Shown piece after piece: positions 50,396 through 62,796 of a DNA stretch of 64,000 nt. The DNA is from Eledone cirrhosa (lineage: Eukaryota). A program made the translations under genes and the position numbers. The notes beneath the pieces are model-generated. The model made no database searches and was not told where the DNA came from. It was given only the letters and a program-made list of their open reading frames with translations. The stretch spans positions 33,170,001 through 33,234,000 of the forward strand of contig OZ024748.1 of NCBI GenBank assembly GCA_964016885.1. Direction: 5' to 3'. Numbering within the stretch: the first letter of the stretch is position 1; every line of letters begins with the position of its first letter.

Positions 50396-50882
50396 TATAT
50401 ATATACTACATACATACACTATATATAATGTCCAGAGGAATGGCTGAAACAGCTTGACACCAGCATTTATCATATATATATATATATGTATACACTACAT
50501 ATATATCATCATTATCACCATCATGGATTAATATCTATCTTCCATGGGTTACACAGGTCCTATTTTGATGCAGGTTCTGTTGGGTGACCGTGACAGCTCA
50601 TATAGGGGTGTTTCTGGCTGGTTTTCTATGGCTGGATACCCTTCCTAATGCCAACCACATTGACAGTGTGGGATGGGTGCTTTTTGCCTTGTCTTTCACA
50701 TGTCCACTTTACAGCATGGGCTGGGTGCTTTTTGCTGTGTCTTTCACATGTCCACTTTACAGTGTGTGCTGAGAAGGGGGGGGGGGATGATTCAGCTTGT
50801 GTTTCTGGTATGTCGGGTCTTCTGTATTACTGCACATCGCCAGAGATCCAGGCCACGCACGTGCCATCTCCTCTGAGAGGTA

Positions 50883-51338
50883 TGTAGCAAGAGTTGCCTC
50901 CCTTGTCATGACAATCTCATCACCGCTCTCTAGACAGGAAGTAGCTGGAGTTGCTTCCCTTTGGGATTGACAGACTCCCTGTTGGTCACTTCCGGTCAAC
51001 TCCTATAAAAGGAACAGGTTACTACGATATCTCCCTCTTGCCTCCTGATTTCTGAAGTGGTAACACCTGCGACCCTAGCTTGTGATGATTCCTTCTTGAT
51101 AATCCTTCGCTACCAAGAACAATGCAACTTGCAGCCTGAGGGCCTAAGATGTTGATACCAGTCAGAAAAGATCTCTTCTTTTCTCTACCAACTTCAGCCT
51201 CGAGTTATGACCATCGGGTAACAAATCCTTAATATTTAATACCTTTGACATCCATGAAGTAAAAACTTTATTATAACACACACACCGGTATTTACTGTCT
51301 TTTTTATGTTATATGTACACCGATACTAATCTTCTAAA
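50883..51338 (+). repeat. 5' LTR
   Basis: TGTAGCAAGAG...CTTCTAAA, about 98% identical to 56326-56781 by eye. TATAAAAG near 51004. Confidence 0.93.
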
Positions 51339-51339
51339 G

Positions 51340-51360
51340 TGGTGACCCCCGACGTGATTT
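51340..51360 (+). promoter_or_regulatory. Primer-binding site complementary to the tRNA-Trp 3' end
   Basis: TGGTGACCCCCGACGTGATTT versus the reverse complement of the animal tRNA-Trp 3' end TGGTGACCCCGACGTGATTT (one extra C). Confidence 0.85.
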
Positions 51361-51817
51361 AAAAAAAAAAAAAAGAATGGGAAATGGTATACGGTGTATA
51401 TAATATTAAAAAAAAAATAAAGACAGAAGAAAAAGAGAAAAATATAACAATTTAATACAAAACGAACACCTACAATTATTGACACACAGACAAACAGCAA
51501 TTGTATAAATGTTTTTGCCTTTTTTTTCTCTCCTTTTCTGCCATTCTCTTCTCTGGCTAAACATTTTTGAGGATGACAAGATGGAGTCTCTCTTCTCCAT
51601 CAATAGTGTTTTTGGCGCGAAATAGTCCGCCATGTTGGATTTTTTTTTAGGTTCCTTGCCCCTACCTTAGTATAACAGCATTCACTTAATCGCTTGTTTG
51701 CATATTGTCGCGGATGCATTATTTTTCCGGTCCAGTGGTCTGACGGGAAAATTTTGTTTTCCTTTTCTGTTACGTTAGAGACATTTTTCCAAACGGTAGA
51801 TTGCCTGCGGTATACCA

Positions 51818-52637
51818 ATGGCTTCCCACTCTGTTCTGACAACGTACACGGGCGACGTGAGGTTATGGTTCTCACAGTTAGAAGCATTCTTCAGGGTGAA
51901 CAGAGTTGACGAGGAACTACAATATTCTGTGGTCCTTAGCGCAATTCCGCCGGCAATTCTCCCAGCGGTTCAGGACCTCGTGTTAGAGGCAACCACAGAC
52001 TCGTCGTACACGTCTCTGAAGGCTGGAATACTCAGCCGGAGAGAACAGTCTTCAGAAAAAATATTTAGGGCTCTGGTCCATCTGGAGCATATAGGGGTTG
52101 GCACCCCATCGAACCTCCTTAGGCGAATGAAGGACCTAACGGAGGGGGTCTGCAGCGGAAACTGTCCTGCTGAAGCAGTTGTTCTTCTCGTGCCTGCCGA
52201 CCAACGTACAGGCAATTTTGGCCCCCCATGAGGGATACAAGCACGGTGGATCAGCTTGCCGCATCTGCGGACACAGTTTTCGAGGTGACGAATGCCGGAG
52301 GCAGCGACCCCCTTGCCGCTGTTCACCACCCAACTCGGGCCACACACGGCCATGCGATCTACGCGGCAGCGCCAACAGACAGCTCGACCATTATAGCGAT
52401 GCAGAGGTCCATTCAGGAGCTCACCATAGAGCTCCACAAGATGAAGGCATTGTGGTGGCTGTGCGCGCCCCCACAGTCACGGGAGATCGCAAAGTTTTAG
52501 ACGGCGTTCTAAATCCCCAGCTTCATCTCTATGCTGGTACCACGAGCGATTTGCTGAGAAGGCGAATCGCTGCGTGCAACCTTGCTCCTTTCATAAGGCG
52601 GCAAACGCCTAAGAGGTCCTCTGATGGGGACAGTTGA
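51818..52637 (+). pseudogene. gag: Gypsy gag, frameshifted
   Basis: DVRLWFSQLEAFF...YTSLKAGIL...TPSNLLRRMK and FFSCLPTNVQAILA are split over three frames. Confidence 0.75.
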
Positions 52638-54066
52638 CCTCAACATAAAGCCACCAAACCACCATTTCTTCATTAAGGACCTAATGTCCGGAAGAGGTTT
52701 CCTCGTGGATACAGGAGCCTCCTGTAGTATTTGGCGGGTCCATTGCCTGAAAGATACCCCCATAGAGTCATCTGTTACGCTGCAGGCAGTTAACCACTCG
52801 TCTATAAAGACGTACGGGCAAATCTCGCTCCCTCTTAAATTCCTAAATCTTCGAAGGGATTTTAAGTGGAATTTTACGGTTGCCGATTTGCCATATTCCA
52901 TCTTAGGAGCGGATTTCCTCCACAACTTCTCTTTAACAGTGGACGTCCGTGGCCAACGCCTGGTGGATAACATCACCGGCTTTTCAATTCATGGCCAGGA
53001 AGCCAATGCTCCGATAGTCAGCCCCATGTTCTTTGTCGCTGCCGCTGGAGACGCCTACCATGCGTTGCTGGGTTCTTTCCCGGAGCTCACGGATGGAAAT
53101 TTTCGAGTCACTGACCCAACATTTCGTTTCCACCACCGGTGCTCCAGTGTTTTCGCGTCCACGCTGCTTACCGACGGAAAAATTAAAGGCAGCACGATCC
53201 GAGTTCGACCATATGCTGCAGCTGGGCATTATTCGCCCATCTAGGAGTCCTTGGGCTTCACCGTTACACATGGTGCCCAAGACTTCCGGCGACTGGAGAC
53301 CCACTGGGGATTATAGGAGGTTAAATGCCATGACCGTCCCGGATAGGTATCCCATTCCCCATCTCCACGATTTTGCATCTTCACTGCAGGGGTGTAAGAT
53401 TTGTTCTAAGTTAGATTTAGTGCGAGCCTACCACCAAATTCCGGTCAGGAAGGAGGATATTTCGGATCCTTCGAATTTTTGACCATGCCTTTCGGTCTCA
53501 GGAACGCCGCTAGCACTTTTCAGCGGTTCATAGACGAGGTCACGCGTGGTCTGGACTTCGTTTATGCTTACATAGACGATATTCTCGTCGCTAGTTCCTC
53601 TCCGGAAGAGCATATGCGCCACATGCTTCTCTTATTTCGGCGACTTCAGGATTACCGCGTTCGCGTGAATCCTGCAAAGTGTGTTTTCGGTTCCACTTCC
53701 CTACATTTTTTGGGCCACCTCATCGACGCCGAAGGTATTAGGCCGCTCCCTCAGCGAGTTCAAGCCATACAGGAGTTACCTCCGCCTACTACACTTCACC
53801 AGTTGCGTCACTTCTTAGGCCTAATCAATTTCTATAGGCGTTTCATTCCTCATTGTGCTAATTGGCTATCTTCCCTTACTGACATTTTAAAAAATCGTCG
53901 TAAGAAGAATGAAGACATTTCCTTGACACAACGACAGCTTCAGGACTTCCAGTCTGCCAAGACAGCCCTCGCTAGTTCTTCTTTGCTAGCCCACCCGGTA
54001 CCAGAGGCCAAGCTTTCGCTTTGTGTTGATGCATCTGATACCGCTGTGGGAGCAGTCTTACGCTGA
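52624..54066 (+). pseudogene. pol: Gypsy pol: aspartic protease and reverse transcriptase, frameshifted
   Basis: FLVDTGAS, ILGADFL; [48 protein letters not shown]. Deletion with frameshift near 53460 and a frameshift near 53120. Confidence 0.92.
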
Positions 54067-55702
54067 AAACCAACAACCTTTGGTATTTTTCTCGAGGAAG
54101 TTGAAACCAGCAGAAACGCGTTATAGCACGTTTGGCCGGGAATTATTAGCCATATATCTGTCGGTGAAACATTTCTCTCATATTCTTGAGGGGAGAAATT
54201 TTACGGTTTTTACCGACCACAAGCCGTTGACCTTCGCTTTGAGGGCCAAAGCCGACAGATATTCGCCCAGAGAGACAAGGCACCTGGACTACGTTTCACA
54301 ATTTACAAACGATATACAGCACATAGCCGGCTCGCACAACATAGTTGCAGACGCATTATCACGTTTGCCAATTAGCTCCATCTCGTCATCCCAGGAGATC
54401 GACTTAAGTCGTTTAGCTGCAGACCATCCTGCACTCCAATCGTTGGACACTCTTTCTACTGAATTTGCGACTTGCATTTTCAAATATCTGCCCTTGTCCA
54501 CCACCGACAGGCAGATTCTATGTGATGTATCCACTGATGCACCACGACCACTTGTTCCTGAGACTCACCGTAGAATTGTGTTCCTGGCTTTGCACAACAT
54601 TTTTCATCCAGGATCTGCTGCCACAGTTAAACTCATAACAGCCAGATTCTTCTGGCCAAATATGAGGCGCGACATTGCTGCTTGGTGCCGTCCCTGTATC
54701 GCTTGCCAGAAATCGAAGATCCATAGACACATCCGGACTCCACTTGGTACTTTCAGTACTCCAGATGCTCGGTTCCAACACATCCATATTGACATCGTTG
54801 GACCGTGGCCATTCAGCAGTGGATATTCTTACATATTGACGTGTGTCGATCGTTTTTCAAGGTGGCCTGAAGCCATCCCTTTACAAAACATGACTGCTGA
54901 GACTGTAGCACGTGCCCTGGTATCAGGGTGGATTACCCGCTTTGGGGTACCAACTACACTCACCACAGGCCGTGGTAGACAATTCGAGTCCCATCTCTTC
55001 TCTGAGCTCACAAAAATAATTGGAGCTCAACGGATTCGGACCACAGCCTATCATCCTGCTTCAAATGGAATGGTGGAACGATTCCATCGCCAATTAAAGG
55101 CCGCTCTTCGCGCCTATCCAGACTCTCAACGTTGGAGCGAGTACCTTCCTATTGTGTTATTAGGAATTCGGTCATCAATAAAGGAGGACCTTGGGTTCTC
55201 CCCGGCCGAATTAATTTACGGTGCTCCTCTAGCGTTGCCTGGGCAAATGCTTGCCCCGGTTGATCTTGCTTTCCAAGATCCGCTTTCCTACGTATCCCGT
55301 CTGCGTTCTTATTTTCAGGACCTGCCGCCGATGGATACGAGGAAGCAAACTGTAAAACCTGCGGTCCCGAGGGACATTGCCTCGTGGACCCATGTGTTCG
55401 TAAGGAACGATGCTGTGAGACCACCCCTCACACAACCATACTCTGGACCCTACCGTGTGTTAGCACGCACTGACAAACATTTCACTGTAGACGTTAAGGG
55501 GTCCAGAGAGACAATTTCGGTGGATAGACTGAAAAGGGCACACAATGACGCTCATACACCCGAGCCACAAATACCCCAATCTTTCTCTCTTGTGCATACA
55601 CCTGCTCCTTCTGCCCCACCTTCACCTACATACAAGACTACGACCCGTTCCGGTCGGAGAGTCCACTGGCCCAAAAAGTTCTGCCAAACTATTTTTATGT
55701 GA
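54023..55702 (+). CDS. pol: Gypsy pol: RNase H and integrase (HHCC, DDE, GPY motif), open segment after a frameshift
   Basis: [26 protein letters not shown]; H-x3-H...CIAC; [27 protein letters not shown]. The second catalytic Asp region reads TTGRG (D to G). Confidence 0.88.
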   Translation: MLMHLIPLWEQSYAENQQPLVFFSRKLKPAETRYSTFGRELLAIYLSVKHFSHILEGRNFTVFTDHKPLTFALRAKADRYSPRETRHLDYVSQFTNDIQHIAGSHNIVADALSRLPISSISSSQEIDLSRLAADHPALQSLDTLSTEFATCIFKYLPLSTTDRQILCDVSTDAPRPLVPETHRRIVFLALHNIFHPGSAATVKLITARFFWPNMRRDIAAWCRPCIACQKSKIHRHIRTPLGTFSTPDARFQHIHIDIVGPWPFSSGYSYILTCVDRFSRWPEAIPLQNMTAETVARALVSGWITRFGVPTTLTTGRGRQFESHLFSELTKIIGAQRIRTTAYHPASNGMVERFHRQLKAALRAYPDSQRWSEYLPIVLLGIRSSIKEDLGFSPAELIYGAPLALPGQMLAPVDLAFQDPLSYVSRLRSYFQDLPPMDTRKQTVKPAVPRDIASWTHVFVRNDAVRPPLTQPYSGPYRVLARTDKHFTVDVKGSRETISVDRLKRAHNDAHTPEPQIPQSFSLVHTPAPSAPPSPTYKTTTRSGRRVHWPKKFCQTIFM

Positions 55703-56325
55703 ACTGGCCATTGGAACCTTATATATATATATTTTTTTTTTTTTTGCTGTTCTTGTTATTTATTGATTTATTGTATTACAATGTACCTCTCATTACCATT
55801 TCAATGGATGTATATATATGTTTTTCGTTTCCTTTACAACGAATATTTTAAGCTATATTCTTCTATTTGCCGGTTTATAAATTTACCACGTAAATTTGCC
55901 GTTGAAAACCGCGCATTTATTAAGAATGCTTATTTCTCTGGTCGCTGGCCTCTTGACTCTTCCAGGTCAACGCATTCACAACATCAACAACAACAACACA
56001 GCTTCATCAACAACTAAAACCAGCAGAACAAGCCAGACAATTTATTTTTGCAGCACTCTGCCTGTGAGAAATTCCCTTCGGAAGTTGGAAATTTCATGTT
56101 ATACCACAGACCAGAAACCACCTGCATTCATTCTCTGGAACACATTCTTTACTGCTGTCATGTGATTACACACATGTGAACTGTATTTTAGATATTAGAA
56201 CTTTTGACCTCTTCTCGTACTTTTATTACTTTGTACCATAATTTTCATGCCTCTTACATGCTCGCCATCTTACTCCATGCATGCTTCTTTCGATTTTTAT
56301 GTTTTAAAAATCTGGCGGGAGATAA

Positions 56326-56781
56326 TGTAGCAAGAGTTGCCTCCCTTGTCATGACAATCTCATCACCACTCTCTAGACAGGAAGTAGCTGGAGTTGCTTC
56401 CCTTTGGGATTGACAGACTCCCTGTTGGTCACTTCCGGTCAACTCCTATAAAAGGAACAGGTTACTACGATATCTCCCTCTTGCCTCCTGATTTCTGAAG
56501 TGGTAACACCTGCGACCCTAGCTTGTGATGATTCCTTCTTGATAATCCTTCGCTACCAAGAACAATGCAACTTGCAGCCTGAGAGCCTAATATGTTGATA
56601 CCAGCCAGAAAAGATCTCTTCTTTTCTCTACCAACTTCAGCCTCGAGTTATGACCATCGGGTAACAAATCCTTAATATTTAATGCCTTTGACTTCCATGA
56701 AGTAAAAACTTTATTATAACACACACACCGGTATTTACTGTCTTTTTTATGTTATATGTACACCGATACTAATCTCCTAAA
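56326..56781 (+). repeat. 3' LTR
   Basis: TGTAGCAAGAG...CTCCTAAA followed by TSD GGTA. Confidence 0.93.
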
Positions 56782-57642
56782 GGTACAATTGGGCAAGGTC
56801 GGCTTGTATCACCTCACCCCATGTCTTCCAAGGTCTCCCCACTACAAGGTTTCAGCAACTGAGCCCTCTGCACATTTTTATGCAGCTGTCATCCTTCATA
56901 CGCAACACATGTCCATACCAATGCAATCTCCTCTCCTGCACACAGCATTTGATTTCTCTTATGCCTAGTTTCTCTCTCAGTTCATTTATGCTTCGACTTT
57001 CTCGCACATTACTATCCATCGAAGCATGCAGGCTTCATTTCTTTCCAATCTACACAAGTCTTCTGCATGCAACACCCAAGTCTCACTACCATGTATCATA
57101 GCTGTACATACAGATACATCATACCATCTGCCTTTCATTGAGGGAGAAGCTTTTGTAGTCAGCAGTGGCAGTAGCTCCCTGAACTTCCTCCATCCCATTC
57201 TTACTCTGGTTACTCTACTTTCAGGATACCCAACATTCCTGCTAATTCGGTCACCTAAGTAGCAGAAGCTATCTACTGTTTCTACAGAGCCTTCTTAGAA
57301 TTTGGTAGCACTTGTTTCTTGCGATCGCTTACTGCTTACTGTTCCAGTGCAACTGACACACGTAAAGTCTACATTCTTAGCTAAACTTACTGAGATCCCA
57401 CTACATCTCTTGTGTACCTATATTCTCCATATGGGGCAGAGGATGGAATGTCTGCCAATGCCTTTCCTACATACTGGTCAAGGCCATTTTCCTGAGTGGA
57501 TCTCAGATCTGTTTTCTGGAATTTCTACCAATATATATATATATATATTCTCTACATACAATATATGATGTTATCCAAAGTGAGGTCAATAGCTGATATA
57601 ACTTGGTGCCAGTGTCATCACAACTAATATATACCTTATATA

Positions 57643-57757
57643 CGGATGCGTGGCTGAGTGGTTAGAGAATTGGATTCGCAATCGTGCGGTTGTGAGATTG
57701 ATTCCTGGACCGGGCGATGTGTTATGTCCTTAAGCAAGACAGTTTATTTCTCGTTGC
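57643..57757 (+). mobile_element. tRNA-derived SINE head (second family)
   Basis: GGATGCGTGGCTGAGTGGTTAGAG (A box)...GAGATTGATTCC (B-box-like)...TGTCCTTAAGCAAGACA. Confidence 0.65.
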
Positions 57758-57879
57758 AACCGATAGATAGTATTAGCAATTGGAAAGACCAATGGAAACA
57801 TTGTTTTCTCAGTCCGATTTCACTAAAGTCGATCAACTATCGATACACTAATATATAAAATATATGGTGTTCCAATGAC

Positions 57880-58330
57880 TGTGGTGTTCCAATGGATGCA
57901 CTCAATTTGGTCAAACAGAGCCATCAGCTTGTATTTCAAGTTGCGCTTGTACACTACCATTGTACTTCCTAAGCCCATCTTTGACTGCGATAAATGAAGA
58001 CAGACTGTGGATAGGTGTCTAAAAACTTTCCATTAAAGGAGCCTGCATAAGATTCTAAAGGTCAGCTGGTAGATCCTGTGAACAGGGTCACATCCACTGC
58101 AGGAGATCATCATGCAATGTTGGTTCCATTTTGCAGGTCACATTCTGCACCTCCCAGATCACCTGTCCAAAACAGCGATGACATGGATTCCCCTTGAAGG
58201 CAAGTGGAAAAGAGGTCAGCCGCAGATGACCTGGTGGATCACATTAAAAAAAGACCCACAAACTGTCAACATCAGCTGGCATGGATGTCAACAAGCTGTC
58301 ACCAATTGAAATGAATGGAGACAATTAGTT
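57880..58330 (+). mobile_element. RTE-clade LINE 3' fragment, inverted paralogue of 21500-21960
   Basis: Shares sequence and internal deletion junctions with the 21.5-kb copy; WFHFAGHILHLP...GKWKRGQPQMTW. Confidence 0.78.
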
Positions 58331-60585
58331 AATGGTAGTGGTAGTGTTTGCTGGTAAGTTGTTGGTGTATACACATATGTTGTTGTTAATGTCACCACTG
58401 CTGTTGCTGCCTTCCTCTTGTTGATGGTGGTGGTAGTTGAAACTGCTACCTATTCAGGCTGCCAGGCTGGGGCTCGAACGCCTTCTTTAACCGAAGATGC
58501 GGGGTCGTTGTTATTGTCACTGTTGTTGTCATTGCCTTCCCCTTGTTAATGGTAGTGATAATTGTTGGTGCTACCTATATCAGCTGTCATGCTGGCTGCT
58601 GTATCAGCTTCTGTGAGTGACGCTCCAATGGCCTTCTTGACCAAAGATGCAGGTCAATGGCTTTTGGCATCGTTTGGGAACACAACGGCAAATAAATATA
58701 TTCTCTACTTTTTTTTCTTTCTTTCTGATCCAATTCAATATCATCAATTGGAAAGACCAATGGAAACATTGTTTTTTTGGTCCAATCTGATGAATTCCAC
58801 TCCAGATGTTGAGATTTATTACCAAAAAAATCACTAAAATCAAGATCCTGGGTGGGTTAACTACCTGGTTTGTATATGTCTGTTGTGGTGTGTTATGGTG
58901 TTTTGATGTGGTGTGTGAAATGGCTGAAGAAAAAGTGAAGAAAGTTGTAAAGTACTTTCAAATGTGAATTATTTTTTTTAAAAGTCAAAATTTCAACTGT
59001 CATGAAAGTACCATCCAACAAATATTAAAGTTATGAAATTGTTTTTATTTACACATGTGGATATTTTGTCATAAATATAAATATAAACCTGTTAACGTTT
59101 ACAAAATAAACATATAAACACATCAATGTTTTTTTTTTATATGATGTAGTTGTAAGGGTGTCACTGTTGACATTTGAAGCTTGGTGGAGCCCTTCACTCT
59201 CCAGGTTTGAACAGTTGATTTCTTCCAGAGAAGGAGAGATAGAAATATAGAGAGGAAGAACAGACTCCAGTGATAGACTGGTATTGTTTTTTATCAACCT
59301 TGAATAGACGAAAGAAAGTTGACCTCAGCAGGATTTAAACTCAGAGAGTAGAGAACCAGGATAGATATGGCAGAAAGCATTCTATCTATTGTTTTATAGA
59401 CTTTAAATAAATATTTCTACTTTTGACTCAAGGCCAGCAATTTGAAGAGAAAGGGGAATGCCAATTAAATAAGGCCCAGTGCATTACTGTTACTGTTTTT
59501 TATCAACCTTGAATGGATGAAAGTCAAAGTTGACCATGGGCATGGTTTAAACCCAGAACATAAAGGACTGTAACTTTATGACACAATACATATCGTATGA
59601 CACTCTACTGATTCTGCAAATCCACCACCCTCAACAATGAAATGAGATTGTGTCTCTGTAATAGCCCTTAATGACAAATAATATGAAGAGGTACTTTCTA
59701 CAGGGTGTATTTGTTAATTACAATACAAAACCTCTGAGAATGATTTCCAACATATTTCACCATAATAAATGTTCATCAATATATATATATATTAATATTA
59801 TTATTATTTTCTGCTAGCATGTGTAGTGTGCATATTGATGTTATACGCAGGTATATATATACATGTAGATATGATACATCAAATAAAATCGTAATTGACA
59901 ATAAACTGCATTAGGAGAAAATTAGTGACAGAAATATATGAGTTTATTTAAGCAATGGCTAACCGGAAGTGTTGACATTTGAAAATTTTAAAAAAGTGAA
60001 TCTTTAAATAAACAAAATATAGTAGATAAATTACGCAATATTCATTCATTATTTATTCAAAGTAATGCAACTTATTTTACTAATGGGATAAAAAATTATA
60101 AACAGTACACAGTCCCGCGCTCCTTACTTTGTTATAGTTTAGCTTTATTAGGTCAGGTGGATTGGCCAGAACAATTCTACTCTTCTTTTTTAGATGTCAC
60201 GATCTTTCATGGCATTCCTGAGATCATTAATCTCCAGCTGGACAGCCTGAGACATCTGATCTATGTAGGTCAATCTCAGTCATCGCTCTAGGGTCTAACA
60301 ATGTTTAGGTATCCTACCCTCAGTAGCAATGTCCAGCATATCTTGTCCTCCGCTCCCTAGTTATTGAGGTAATCTTTGATATATGTCAGTATATTTCTTC
60401 CTTTTGAGAAATGTATTAAAAAATAAAAATAATAAAATATATATATATATACACACACACACAACATGTATGTTGAGATATATAAGATTTCTCAAGTTTC
60501 ACATTTTATATCCTGCCTTCGAAAGTGTGTCTATATATTTGTGTTTTTCATATTTCACAGTGATGGGGTATACCGCAAGTGTTGA

Positions 60586-61413
60586 CTACATAGGTGAACA
60601 ACCAGTGACGAATTCTGTGAAAGATTTCCCACATATTTCACATGAATAAGGTTTTTCACCAGTATGTATTCTTTTGTGACATACAAGATGAGAACTATAA
60701 GAAAAAGATTTCCCACATATTTCACAATGGAAGGGTTTTTCACCAGTGTGTATTCTTTTGTGATGTTCAAGATTAGAACTCTGAGAAAAAGATTTCCCAT
60801 ATATTTCACATGAATAAGGTTTTTCTCCTGTGTGCTTCCTTTTGTGCTTTACAAGATTGTACTTCTGGGTGAAGGATTTCCCATATGTTTCACAGTGGAA
60901 GCATTTTTCACCAGTGTGTATTCTTTTGTGAAGTTCAAGATTAGAACTATGAGAAAAAGATTTCCCACATATTTCACAATGGAAGGGTTTTTCACCAGTG
61001 TGTGTTCTTTTGTGAAGTTCAAGATTAGAACTATGAGAAAAAGATTTCCCACATATTTCACAATGGAAGGGTTTTTCACCAGTGTGTATTCTTTTGTGAC
61101 GTACAAGATGAGAACTATTAGAAAAAGATTTTCCACATATTTCACAATAGAAGGGTTTTTCACCAGTGTGTGTTCTTTTGTGACATACAAGATGAGAACT
61201 CCGAGAAAAAGATTTCCCACATATTTCACAATGGAAGGGTTTTTCACCATTGTGTGATCTTTTGCGACGTACAAGATTCGAATTATCAATAAAAGATTTA
61301 CCACATATTTCACAGTGGAAGGCTTTTTCTCTACTGTGTATTTTCTCGTGTGAGGATAGTTTCAGTCTTGAAGAGAAAGTTTTCCTGCAAATCTCACAGC
61401 TATATTCAGACAT
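60586..61413 (-). CDS. C2H2 zinc-finger protein ZF5, degenerating paralogue of ZF4 (possible pseudogene)
   Basis: 275-aa ORF with 10 finger units. Finger 2 has His to Arg, fingers 7 and 8 have Cys to Tyr, and finger 10 is frameshifted by a 2-bp deletion. Confidence 0.75.
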   Translation of the reverse strand: MSEYSCEICRKTFSSRLKLSSHEKIHSREKAFHCEICGKSFIDNSNLVRRKRSHNGEKPFHCEICGKSFSRSSHLVCHKRTHTGEKPFYCEICGKSFSNSSHLVRHKRIHTGEKPFHCEICGKSFSHSSNLELHKRTHTGEKPFHCEICGKSFSHSSNLELHKRIHTGEKCFHCETYGKSFTQKYNLVKHKRKHTGEKPYSCEIYGKSFSQSSNLEHHKRIHTGEKPFHCEICGKSFSYSSHLVCHKRIHTGEKPYSCEICGKSFTEFVTGCSPM

Positions 61414-62796
61414 ATTTCATAAAGGAATCTCACCACTTCCACTCATATATGTAGCATTCAGTTGGTAAAGTAATAAGATGTATGAAAGCGTAAGACTGAT
61501 CTAGGAAGAAAAAGCAAGTGCTTATATATATATATATATATGTGTGTGGGTGTATATATGTTTTATTTTTGTTAAGGTGAGAGAAGCTCTATTCACAATA
61601 ACATCCTCAGCTCATAAAACAGACGAATAAGTCTTCGTAATTTAAGGTTCTTGTTATTGACGACAGTTCAGGTGACAAGAGAATTAATATCCATAATTTC
61701 AAAAGATGAAGTTTAATATATAAACATATATATACAGACATACAGTGTGGAAGTATGAGAGAGAGAGAAATAAATAGACGTGTGTGTGTGTGTGTGTAGA
61801 AATATGTAATAAATCAAGATATTTCACTTCAGATGGTAGAAAAGTTCACAATGTTTGTGTTGTGATGGAAAATGAAATAATACGTACTTAGTTTTCAAGA
61901 CGAAACATAAAGTCAAGAAAAGTTAGGAAGAACTAAATATTCACTGATTTCTGATTAAAATAATATTTTCCTGTCCTGTAAAATGTTGAACAACCACTTC
62001 AATATTTAATACAACAAACTTTTGATAAAACAATAACTATAAGGTAAATAAGTCACCTCATGTTATATACAAACATTAACCTTCACCTTAATATGAAATA
62101 ATCACCATAAAAGATAAAATTAGATGAGGTTTAAGTTGTAACAATGGAGCTGATAGAAATGGTAATTTTTCACTGTCTAGTTGATATCGGTGTCATTACG
62201 TAGAAGTCCCCTACATGAATTAATACATTCAGAAACAACTTCCGTTATGTTATTTCACACGGTCAATCAATATGTTAGTAATTTATTCAGATTTGTATAA
62301 ATAACATTATTAATTTTACATAACTGTTCATATTAAAACAAAACACATTATTAAAGGTAATAAAACATTTAAAAAATGGAAATGAAAAGATGAGAAACAA
62401 AAACATTAGAGACATGTGGAATAATATGTCTTGCTTAAGGACACAATATACCTCCCTTTGAAAACATTATATTAGAATATGATGTATCACTTCACTAAAA
62501 TATATATGTGTTTGTATACATATATATAGTATATATTTGTGTGTATACAGTGTCTCATTCCATGAGAGTAACTTGGTCAGTCTATGAACTCCTCATCCGA
62601 CCCTTCTATATATATATACATGTTTGTCAGTGTGTGTTTACATATGTATATAGAATATTGTCACAACTACTATATACCCCACATATACACTACATATAAT
62701 ATTGTCCGATATATAGAGACTATATGTCATGTTGTCCAAGGGAAAGGCTGATATAGATCGGCACCAGTGACATTACAACTATTATATACACTATAT

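Larger units (their letters stand above)
50883..56781 (+). mobile_element. Full-length Ty3/Gypsy LTR retrotransposon, 4-bp TSD GGTA
   Basis: Two 456-bp LTRs, PBS, PPT (GGCGGGAGATAA before the 3' LTR), and domain order gag-PR-RT-RH-IN. Confidence 0.96.
50505..57510 (-). mobile_element. RTE LINE 3' part split by the Gypsy insertion (50505-50882 and 56782-57510)
   Basis: Joined flanks GAGAGGTACAATTGGGCAAGGTC match the uninterrupted RTE at 27441-27465. MGWRKFRELLPLL...HGSETW at 56986-57198. Confidence 0.85.

Noticed and set aside
55703-56325. env-like third ORF in the Gypsy element
   Set aside because: Only short low-complexity ORFs (under 90 aa) with no signal peptide and transmembrane organisation.
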